A DNA stretch of 63,019 bases, taken from the IMG/VR virus record IMGVR_UViG_3300012855_000002, positions 1 through 63,019 of that record; one strand, given 5' to 3'. Source of the DNA: a virus. Taxonomy: Duplodnaviria; Caudoviricetes. Below are positions 17,847 to 25,352 of the stretch, piece after piece. The notes beneath the pieces were generated by a model. That model ran no database searches. It saw only the letters and a list, made by a program, of their open reading frames with translations, and was not told the DNA's origin. Numbering within the stretch: position 1 is the first letter of the stretch; each line of letters starts with the position of its first letter. The position numbers were made by a program, and so were the translations under genes.

Positions 17847-18424
17847 GTAACTGGCCGTTCGGCGATATGCGCCCCTTCAGCTTCGACATGGTGATGATAG
17901 ATCCTCCGTGGGCCTTCGAGAACTGGTCCGCAAAGGGCGAGGGCAAGAGCGCGAAGGCGCACTACGCCTGTATGGGCCTGGACGCCATCAAGGCGCTGCC
18001 TGTCGGCCACTTGGGCGCGCCTGATTGCCTCTACTGGCTGTGGGCCACCCACGCCATGCACGACGTCGCCTTCGACGTCCTGAGGGCCTGGGGCGTCCGG
18101 TACGTGACCGGCGGAACATGGGTGAAGCGGACACGGCACGGAAAGCTGGCCTTCGGGACCGGCTACCGCCTGCGCTGTGCGTCCGAACCATTCCTGCTGG
18201 CCACCAATGGAAATCCCAAGACGGCTCGCTCTGTCCGATCCGTGATCGAAGGGCCGGCGCGCGAGCATAGCCGCAAGCCCGACGAAGCGTATGCCGCCGC
18301 CGAGCGGTTGATGCCGACAGCCCGGCGCGCGGACCTGTTTTCCAGAGAGCACCGTGAAGGCTGGACCTCCTGGGGCATGGAAGCCGGGAAATTCAACGAC
18401 AAGACGGAAAGGACCGCCGCATGA
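17843..18424 (+). CDS. MT-A70-family adenine methyltransferase
   Basis: IDPPW, HY..M, LWAT, W.K, G.GY..R...E, REHSRKPDE, LFSR. Confidence 0.9.
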   Translation: MSNWPFGDMRPFSFDMVMIDPPWAFENWSAKGEGKSAKAHYACMGLDAIKALPVGHLGAPDCLYWLWATHAMHDVAFDVLRAWGVRYVTGGTWVKRTRHGKLAFGTGYRLRCASEPFLLATNGNPKTARSVRSVIEGPAREHSRKPDEAYAAAERLMPTARRADLFSREHREGWTSWGMEAGKFNDKTERTAA

Positions 18425-18873
18425 GCTGGACCCAACAGGAAGTCGATACCGCACGCACGATGTGGAATGCCGGCGAGTCCGCTTCGGCGATCGCGGCCGT
18501 GCTCAATGGCAAGAGCCGCAATGCCGTGATCGGAAAGCTGAACCGTCTCGGCGATCTCGGCGGCGTCCAGGCCAGGGCGAAGCCGAGGGCCCCGCGCCGG
18601 GCCGTCGCTCCGAAGCCGGCACCCAAGCGCCCGGCCGTGAAGCGTGAGCCCGTAGAGCGCGACGATCTCATTCCGCCGGCGCCTACTCCTCTCAAGGGAA
18701 AGGTCACGCTGGAGACCGTTGGGAATCGTCAGTGCCGGTTCCCGATGGGCGATCCCCGTCAGGGTTCCCAGATGCCGATGTGCGGTCAAAAGACCGAGGA
18801 GGGCCGCCCTTATTGCGATGCCCACCGCCGCGTGACGACCCGCAACCATCTGGCATGGGGTGAGGCACGATGA
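18421..18873 (+). CDS. gcrA: GcrA-family cell-cycle regulator homolog
   Basis: MSWT......MW..G.SAS.IA..L...SRNAVIGK..RL N-terminus and CRFP.GDP......CG.......YC..H C-terminus. Confidence 0.9.
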   Translation: MSWTQQEVDTARTMWNAGESASAIAAVLNGKSRNAVIGKLNRLGDLGGVQARAKPRAPRRAVAPKPAPKRPAVKREPVERDDLIPPAPTPLKGKVTLETVGNRQCRFPMGDPRQGSQMPMCGQKTEEGRPYCDAHRRVTTRNHLAWGEAR

Positions 18874-19064
18874 GCGCTGCAATCGAACAGATCGCCGATC
18901 TCGACCTGTCGCATGAGCAGGACTGGCGCACGCGCGCTCTGTCCTCTCTCGCCGCGGCTAACAACGCCATTTCTCACGGCCTGACAGAGCAGGCGCGCGC
19001 CCATATCGGCGAAGCCGCCCAGGCCATCATTGACGACTTCCTGGACGGAGACGAAACAGAATGA
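18870..19064 (+). CDS. Hypothetical protein
   Basis: ATGA overlaps both sides. Confidence 0.55.
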   Translation: MSAAIEQIADLDLSHEQDWRTRALSSLAAANNAISHGLTEQARAHIGEAAQAIIDDFLDGDETE

Positions 19065-19834
19065 GCCAAGCACCATCGATGCCGCTCTACTGGGACGCAT
19101 ATCTGGCCGACACGACACACCTGTCGACCGAGGAGCATGGGGCGTACTTCCTGCTGCTCGGAGCCATGTGGCGCCGGAACGGGTCGGTCCCGGATGATGA
19201 CCGGGACAACGCCAGGATCGTCGGCCTGTCCGTAGCGAAATGGCGCCGGATCAAGGCGCGCCTCGCGCCCTTCCTGACGTTCGAAGGTGACGAAATCTCG
19301 CAAAAAAAGCTGCGAGAAACGTGGGAAATTACGCAGGAAAAGATTGAAAAAAATCGGCAGAACGGAGCGCGTGGCGGGAGGCCGGTTTCCAAGAAAAGCA
19401 ATGGCTTAGGTTTAGCGAACGGTTCTGTTTCGGATAACCCAAACAAAAAGCGAAACGAAACCATTCCAGAACCAGATCCAGAACCAGAAGAAAAAGACCC
19501 TTCGGGTCCAAAAAAGAAATCTGGTTCGAAGGGAGCACGGCTCTCGGAAGACTGGGCACTTCCCGATGAATGGGCGACCTGGGCGATGACCGAGCTGGGC
19601 GTCACTCGAGCGTTCGTCAGGGCCGAGGCCGAGGTATTTCGCGATTACTGGCTCGGTGTCGCCGGCCAGAAGGGCGTGAAGCTCGACTGGCAGGCGACAT
19701 GGCGAAACTGGATGCGCCGCGCAGCGAGCCGAAACCCCGGCGCCCGCGGTCCGGCGGCCGTTGGCCAAGACACCTTCCAAGGCCTCGGAATCGACAGCCG
19801 GCCGATCCAAGCCCTCCCGCCAGGGGGGATGTGA
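19061..19834 (+). CDS. DUF1376 (YdaU-like) replication initiator
   Basis: MPLY.D.YLADT.HLS.EEHGAY.LLL..MW N-terminus; PEPDPEP linker; F.DYW...K.DW.ATWRNW.R C-terminus. Confidence 0.85.
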   Translation: MSQAPSMPLYWDAYLADTTHLSTEEHGAYFLLLGAMWRRNGSVPDDDRDNARIVGLSVAKWRRIKARLAPFLTFEGDEISQKKLRETWEITQEKIEKNRQNGARGGRPVSKKSNGLGLANGSVSDNPNKKRNETIPEPDPEPEEKDPSGPKKKSGSKGARLSEDWALPDEWATWAMTELGVTRAFVRAEAEVFRDYWLGVAGQKGVKLDWQATWRNWMRRAASRNPGARGPAAVGQDTFQGLGIDSRPIQALPPGGM

Positions 19835-19851
19835 ACCCATGGGGATTGATC

Positions 19852-20142
19852 ATGGATACCACCACGCGGTTGCGCGAGGAGGGCATCAGCCTTCGCTCGT
19901 ATGCGACCGGCAATCACAAGACGACCTGCCCGAAATGCTCGCACAACCGGCGCAACAGCCGAGACCCGTGCCTTTCGGTGACGATCAACGCGAGCGGTGC
20001 CGTTTGGAACTGCCATCACTGCGGATGGAGCGGGGGATTTGATGCTGACCGAGAGCGCCAGAAAGTGGCTGGAGAGCCGAAAGATCGATCCCGCTTCCGC
20101 CGAAAGCCTGGGGGTGGAGTCCGTCGACCGGGGCACTGGTGA
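19852..20142 (+). CDS. Stand-alone primase zinc-binding domain
   Basis: KTTCPKCSH.R....DPCLSV......WNCHHCGWSG; overlaps the primase-helicase start in another frame. Confidence 0.72.
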   Translation: MDTTTRLREEGISLRSYATGNHKTTCPKCSHNRRNSRDPCLSVTINASGAVWNCHHCGWSGGFDADRERQKVAGEPKDRSRFRRKPGGGVRRPGHW

Positions 20143-21493
20143 CTGGATAGCCTTCCCTGTGATCTCGAAGGGCAAGGTCGTGAACCGGAAATACCGCCGG
20201 ATCGACGAGAAGGCCTTCCAGCAGGACAAGGGCGGAGAGAAGCGGGTCTGGAACGAAGATGCTTTGCGCGAGCCTGAGTTCACGGGACCGATCATCATCA
20301 CCGAAGGCGAGATGGACGCCCTGGCCGCGATACAGGCCGGATACGAGCGCGTCGTTTCCGTGCCTGATGGCGCGCCGGCCGAAGAGGTCGGCGATCGCGA
20401 GAGCGCGAAATACTCCTACGTCGCCGGGCTGATCGATCTGGTCCGCGATGCCAAGGAAATCATCATCGCGGCGGACGGTGACGGGCCGGGGCAAAACCTT
20501 CTGGCAGACCTGGCGCCGCGCCTCGGCAAGGCGCGTTGCAAATACCTGACCTACCCGAAGGGCTGCAAAGACCTCAACGATGCCCTGATCCGGTTCGGCG
20601 TCGAGGGCGTCGAGGCGACGATGAAGCGTGCCGCTTTCGTGAAGGTCACGGGAGTATGCCGCTTCAACGAGCTGCCGCCGGTGCCCGAGCTGACGATATG
20701 GCGCCCGCAGCTGACGCTGGACCTGAACCGGCACATGGCGATCTGCCCGCAGCACTTTTCGGTCTGGACCGGCATCCCCGGCCACGGGAAATCCGCGCTT
20801 CTCAAGGCCATCGGCGTCGAGCTGAACCGCCAGTATGGCGTGATCCCTTGCATCGCCAGCTTCGAGGATGACATCGCCAGCGATTACCGGCGCGACATCG
20901 CGAAGTACCTGGCCGGTCGGCCGGTGAAGGATCTGCAGGCCGAGGACTGGAAGAAAGCCGACGAGTTCCTCAACGAGAACTACGTCTTCATCAATCCGGA
21001 TTGGGACACGGAACCGACGGTCGAATGGCTCCTTGAACGCATGGAGACCGCAGCGGTCCGGCACGGGGCCAAGTTCTTCGTGGTCGACCCCTGGACCGAG
21101 CTGGAACACCGGTTCCACGACATGAGCGAGACGCAATACACCAGCTCTGCAATCGCCCTGCTGCGAGGCTTCGCACGCCGCTTCAACGTCCACGTAGCGG
21201 TGGTCGCCCACCCGACGAAGCTGGCACCGAACCGGGACGGGTCCCTGCCGATTCCCAACGGCTATTCGGTGGCCGGATCGGCGCATTGGGCGAACAAGCC
21301 GGAACTCGGCGTCACAGTTCACCGCCGGCGTGATGATGACGGCCAAGAATACGCCCTGGTCCGGATCTGGAAATCGAAGCGGCACGACATCATGGGCCCA
21401 ACGGGGGACGTGAAGATGATCTTCGACGTCCGGACCGGCCAGTACACCCACTATTTCGCACCGGACGAAATCAAGGATTCGAGGGCTGCCTGA
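20042..21493 (+). CDS. TOPRIM primase-SF4 helicase (T7 gp4/Twinkle-like) lacking its Zn finger
   Basis: ITEGEMDAL, SVPDGA, D.DGPG, CKDLND; TGIPGHGKS Walker A; VVDPW; VVAHP.K; GGAG SD before ATG 20042. Confidence 0.88.
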   Translation: MLTESARKWLESRKIDPASAESLGVESVDRGTGDWIAFPVISKGKVVNRKYRRIDEKAFQQDKGGEKRVWNEDALREPEFTGPIIITEGEMDALAAIQAGYERVVSVPDGAPAEEVGDRESAKYSYVAGLIDLVRDAKEIIIAADGDGPGQNLLADLAPRLGKARCKYLTYPKGCKDLNDALIRFGVEGVEATMKRAAFVKVTGVCRFNELPPVPELTIWRPQLTLDLNRHMAICPQHFSVWTGIPGHGKSALLKAIGVELNRQYGVIPCIASFEDDIASDYRRDIAKYLAGRPVKDLQAEDWKKADEFLNENYVFINPDWDTEPTVEWLLERMETAAVRHGAKFFVVDPWTELEHRFHDMSETQYTSSAIALLRGFARRFNVHVAVVAHPTKLAPNRDGSLPIPNGYSVAGSAHWANKPELGVTVHRRRDDDGQEYALVRIWKSKRHDIMGPTGDVKMIFDVRTGQYTHYFAPDEIKDSRAA

Positions 21494-21825
21494 TGACCAT
21501 TCTCGACAACCCCACGATCAAGGCCAGGATAGACGGGCTGACAGATCAGCTGACCCATGGGTTTTCGGAACGCCGCCGGCTCGCTGTCCGGGCCGCCCTG
21601 TCGAATCTGGTCCTGTTCACCGCCAGGACCGCGGCGAATGGCGCCTATGCGGTTGAAGACCGGGCGTCAGCGATCGACGCCTACGACACCTCCGCAAATC
21701 TGGTCCGCATGCTCTCCACGGACGGCTGTGACCGGCTGACCGGAGAAGAAGCCGCGGCGCACATGCAAGACCTTGCCGTCGCCGTGATCGTGACAATGCG
21801 GGATAGCGCGGGGAGGGCAGCGTGA
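21493..21825 (+). CDS. Hypothetical protein
   Basis: TGATG coupling with the helicase. Confidence 0.6.
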   Translation: MTILDNPTIKARIDGLTDQLTHGFSERRRLAVRAALSNLVLFTARTAANGAYAVEDRASAIDAYDTSANLVRMLSTDGCDRLTGEEAAAHMQDLAVAVIVTMRDSAGRAA

Positions 21826-22835
21826 CGTACAGAATCCGAACCAGCATCTATGACTTCGACGGCGGTCTCATCAACGAGGGCGACTGGTCGTCATGGCCTG
21901 GCGATGTATCCTCTGCGGTCGCGACGCTTGAGCGCCGGGGTTTCGAGCTCAAGGAGACCGAGACGGGCTATGTCCTGGTCGACACGAAGTCGATTCGCAC
22001 CGCGAGCCGGATGGCGGACGAGGTGCTTCAGATCACGGAATTCGAGCCCGTTGAGAACCGGGGCGCCATGATCATCCCCATGGTTGTCGACGATCTGTTC
22101 TCCGAGCCTGTGGGCGGATATTTCAGCCCGGAGACCGAGGCGCGCCGCGCCCGCTTCTACGAGCTCGCGGACATGATCTTTCCGCTATCGGACGAAGAGG
22201 TGCGGGAGACCCGCGCGCGCATCGACAGCATCGCAGCCCGCTTGTCTGGTGGCGCAAGGCTGATCGGCGTTGCCGGCCGTGACGGGAAGCGCCAGTTCCT
22301 CAACGGTCGGGCCCGGGTCAACGAAGATCCGCGCGAGCCGGACAAATGGTCCCTGTTCGACAGCTCCCACCCGATCGAGCAGATGCGCATGCGGGGTTCG
22401 CTCGGCAAGGACCGGCACCAGACCGTACGGCGTTACCAGGCCGCCCAGGTCTGGCAGCGGATGCTGTATCGCGCCGAAGGCGTCGAAAGCCTTGGCGACT
22501 GGTTGAGTGAGCGCGTAGACGGCACGACGGACCCGCAGGGCCGCATGGTGCGCCGCGCAGAGGCCGTGACAGAGCGGGCGCTCGTCGCCAAGGCGCCGGG
22601 GGTTACGAAAACCAGACGCGCCGATCTTGATTCGGTCGTGGGCCGCGGAGAGAGCATGAATGCCCGCGCGAAAGCTACCGGTCGGCATCATTCGACTGTT
22701 CGTGACAGCATCTTGGCCGGGCTCGATGCCGTGGCCAATTTCCGTAGGTGGGAGAATCGGTTGCGAAATATCCAGGTGCTCTATGTCGAGCCGATCCCGA
22801 AAAAATCTCGCGGCGAGGTGAAAAAAACTCGTTGA
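21822..22835 (+). CDS. Hypothetical protein; candidate late-gene regulator by position
   Basis: Last gene of the early-right operon; C-terminal HTH-like segment (GESMNARAKATGRHHSTVRDSI). Confidence 0.55.
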   Translation: MTYRIRTSIYDFDGGLINEGDWSSWPGDVSSAVATLERRGFELKETETGYVLVDTKSIRTASRMADEVLQITEFEPVENRGAMIIPMVVDDLFSEPVGGYFSPETEARRARFYELADMIFPLSDEEVRETRARIDSIAARLSGGARLIGVAGRDGKRQFLNGRARVNEDPREPDKWSLFDSSHPIEQMRMRGSLGKDRHQTVRRYQAAQVWQRMLYRAEGVESLGDWLSERVDGTTDPQGRMVRRAEAVTERALVAKAPGVTKTRRADLDSVVGRGESMNARAKATGRHHSTVRDSILAGLDAVANFRRWENRLRNIQVLYVEPIPKKSRGEVKKTR

Positions 22836-22860
22836 CGAACCCCGCAAGAACATGATTCCA
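22832..22860 (+). promoter_or_regulatory. Candidate late promoter
   Basis: TTGACG at 22832-22837 (same -35 hexamer as the early promoters) and CATGATTC at 22851-22858, ahead of a noncoding structured region. Confidence 0.4.
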
Positions 22861-23326
22861 ACTGTCCATGTTGAAAGAATCCGCCCGGCCCAGAAATGGC
22901 GCCGGGCGTCTTCATGTCGGGTGGGTGCCGCAAAGGCGGTGCGAAGCAAGAGGGTGCGGGCTGGCCGCAAGCCCTGATGGGGCGGATTCTCGCTGATCTG
23001 AGCAAAGCAGCCGCGGCGCGCGGATCAGTCTCGATAACCAGCCTGCCCACCCGATCAAATTGCCCTACTGGCCCGGCGGGGGACTTGATATCACCCCCGC
23101 CGCTATAGGGCTCACGAGATACCCGAGGGGCGTCCGGTACTGCTCGCAAGGCACCCGGCGGCTGGCTGTTTGGCCAGCCTGAAACAAGGGCTTCAGGCCG
23201 CGCCCCGCTTCACCGCCCGCCACGGCTCTTGGCAGACGCCCTGGAATGACCGTCCGTGTGTCCCGATAGGGCGCGGCGCCATGCAGGGATTGAGCAGCCC
23301 CTTGGGCAAGGGCAACCTTTTTCCAC

Positions 23327-23353
23327 CGCCCCGTAGCTCAACTGGATAGAGCG
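23327..23353 (+). pseudogene. tRNA 5' fragment (acceptor strand + D arm, tRNA-Arg-like)
   Basis: CGCCCCG-TA-GCTC-AACTGGATA-GAGC-G is a canonical D arm; no anticodon or T arm follows. Confidence 0.6.
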
Positions 23354-23355
23354 GG

Positions 23356-23586
23356 TCATCCAAAGCTGCGTCTGGCAGCATCCTCGGAACCAAAGACCCG
23401 GCATCCCCATTCTGTCCACATCCCGTCTTGGTCTCGCTTGAACAACTTTTGACGATCAGCTGGAAGGCGCGACACGGCGATAGCAACAGCCTCATCGAGG
23501 GTGTCTGCGGCCACTGTGTCTATGTACTTTGCTCTGCCGCTTTCGCCAGTAGCGCGGAAGCCTTCGGCCCATATCTCGTAGATCAT
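23356..23586 (-). CDS. Conserved small phage protein
   Basis: MIYEIWAEG...WGCRVF.SE.AARRSFG. Confidence 0.65.
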   Translation of the reverse strand: MIYEIWAEGFRATGESGRAKYIDTVAADTLDEAVAIAVSRLPADRQKLFKRDQDGMWTEWGCRVFGSEDAARRSFG

Positions 23587-23804
23587 CACTTCGCTCCTTC
23601 TTCGCATAGAGCGGCGCGGTCAGTGATCGGGACGGGTCGCCATTTCAGTTTGGTCATCCCGCCCGAAGTCACGATATGGGCCTGTTCAAGCGTAAGGCTT
23701 ACATCTTTTTCGCGCACAAAGCGCAGCTCTGGTGTTGCTTGGCAGATCTCCGATAGGCCCATGTCGGGCAAGTCGGAAAAAGTCACCGTTCCGTGGTCGC
23801 TCAT
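23586..23804 (-). CDS. Hypothetical protein
   Basis: TGATG coupling on both sides. Confidence 0.5.
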   Translation of the reverse strand: MSDHGTVTFSDLPDMGLSEICQATPELRFVREKDVSLTLEQAHIVTSGGMTKLKWRPVPITDRAALCEEGAK

Positions 23805-24043
23805 CACTTCGTCCTTTCTGGGGCAATCGCATCCTCGAAGACTTGTTTCAACGGCCCTTGGAAATGCCATGCGTGCAGCAGGGGTTTGATGTCCCCGGTC
23901 TCGCTCTCATACACATCCTTGACCTCACGCCCGGTGAGGCGGTGGAGGTGGCCGCTCTCTAGGCAGACGCTCCGTATCCCAAGCGGCACATAGACCATCA
24001 TATCGTCGCTATCGGACAGGCTTTCGACAAACTCAGGCGTCAC
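23804..24043 (-). CDS. Hypothetical protein
   Basis: GTG start overlapping the upstream stop. Confidence 0.5.
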   Translation of the reverse strand: MTPEFVESLSDSDDMMVYVPLGIRSVCLESGHLHRLTGREVKDVYESETGDIKPLLHAWHFQGPLKQVFEDAIAPERTK

Positions 24044-24246
24044 GGCTTCGTCCTTTCTGGGGATTGGGGTGGGACAGGTTCTTCGCAGGCGTTGAAGGCC
24101 TTTCGCACCGCTTCCATGTCGACGGGAAATCCCGGTATCGGGTTGGCGATGAAACCCCGCATGGCGACCGCAACCGGGTTTCCGTCTGGTCGGTTCGCTT
24201 CGTCTTCGATCCATTTGGGGACCAATACGGTGGGATCGTCGCTCAT
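24040..24246 (-). CDS. Hypothetical protein
   Basis: MSDDPTVLVP...; GAGG SD; ATGA overlap. Confidence 0.5.
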   Translation of the reverse strand: MSDDPTVLVPKWIEDEANRPDGNPVAVAMRGFIANPIPGFPVDMEAVRKAFNACEEPVPPQSPERTKP

Positions 24247-24428
24247 CTCGTCCTCTCCAGTGCTTCCCCTGCTGCATGGAATGCACGACCAGCACGCCGT
24301 GCGGCGGTCTCGGCATCTTCCAGCGCGCAAGTCAGGTGCTCGAGCTTCCGCGCGAAGATGGCGGCCTTGGTGGCGCGCCGAGCGGCTGAAATCTGAGCGT
24401 CTGTGCGGGGATCTTCAACAATTCTCAT
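24243..24428 (-). CDS. Hypothetical protein
   Basis: ATGA overlaps both sides. Confidence 0.45.
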   Translation of the reverse strand: MRIVEDPRTDAQISAARRATKAAIFARKLEHLTCALEDAETAARRAGRAFHAAGEALERTR

Positions 24429-24616
24429 GGCTTCGTCCTTTCCAGGGCCTGTCCTGCTCCATCTCCCAGAGCCTTAAGCTTCAAGGCAAGGTCGAGATAG
24501 GCGAGGGCGTATTGAGGGGCGTCATTCCCCCATCCGCTCACGGTGGTGCGCTGCAGGCCTAGGCGTCTCGCCAGCTCTGCCTTCGTCCATCCAAGCTGTT
24601 TCAGCATCGTTTCCAT
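24425..24616 (-). CDS. Small HTH DNA-binding protein
   Basis: LKQLGWTKAELARRLG..RTTVS.W...P.YA.AYL.L. Confidence 0.7.
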   Translation of the reverse strand: METMLKQLGWTKAELARRLGLQRTTVSGWGNDAPQYALAYLDLALKLKALGDGAGQALERTKP

Positions 24617-24788
24617 GGCGCGAGTGTACACATTCGTCGACGCGGAGACCAGAGAATCGTCAGGATTTCCGACAATGACCCGCCAAGAACACCTCACCGC
24701 TTCCACCATCCTCGTCATAACGGCCCTTACTGCCTTCGCCATGGGATGGGCATGCGGCGCGGCCTGGGTCTGGTTGGGAGCTTGATGC

Positions 24789-25352
24789 ATGGCGGCCCTC
24801 AAGAACGATCGACACGAGCGCTTCGCACAGGGATTGGCCAAGGGGCTCTCCGCCGATGAGGCCTATCGCGAGGCAGGGTACAAGCCGAACCGCGGCAACG
24901 CGACGCGGCTGAAAGCAAATGAAAACGTGGCGGCTCGAATTGAGGAAATCCGGAATGCCGGCGCTCTGAGAGCAGAGGTCAGCGTCCAGCGGGTGCTGCA
25001 GGAGCTGGGTCGCATCGGCTTCGCTGATTTGCGCCAGGCCTTTGATGAAGACGGCAATCTGAAGCCGGTCGAGAAATGGGGCGACGATTTCGCTGCGGCT
25101 GTCGCATCGGTCGAGGTCGTGTCCCAAGGCGCTGCTGGGGCGGTCGAGCGCGTCCACAAGATAAGGTTCTGGGACAAGAACAGCGCGCTTGAGAAGATCG
25201 CCAAGCACCTCGGCATGTTCACCGAGCGCCTCGACCTCACCTCCTCGGATGGCTCCATGAGCCCGAAAGGCCTTGATGCGTCCGGCCTGTCTGATGCCGC
25301 TCTGAAGGAGCTGATGGATGCCCGCCGCAAGTCTGAAGCTGACGAGGGCTGA
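24789..25352 (+). CDS. terS: Terminase small subunit
   Basis: HERFAQ.LAKG..A.EAY..AGY....NATRL, VLQEL.RIGF, DK..ALE...KHLGMF. Confidence 0.9.
   Translation: MAALKNDRHERFAQGLAKGLSADEAYREAGYKPNRGNATRLKANENVAARIEEIRNAGALRAEVSVQRVLQELGRIGFADLRQAFDEDGNLKPVEKWGDDFAAAVASVEVVSQGAAGAVERVHKIRFWDKNSALEKIAKHLGMFTERLDLTSSDGSMSPKGLDASGLSDAALKELMDARRKSEADEG

Noticed and set aside
17292-18424. Restriction-modification system
   Set aside because: No cognate restriction endonuclease is evident; the nearby HNH and DUF1064 genes are common nin-region nucleases
23327-23400. Intact tRNA gene
   Set aside because: No anticodon stem, T arm or 3' acceptor strand after the D arm
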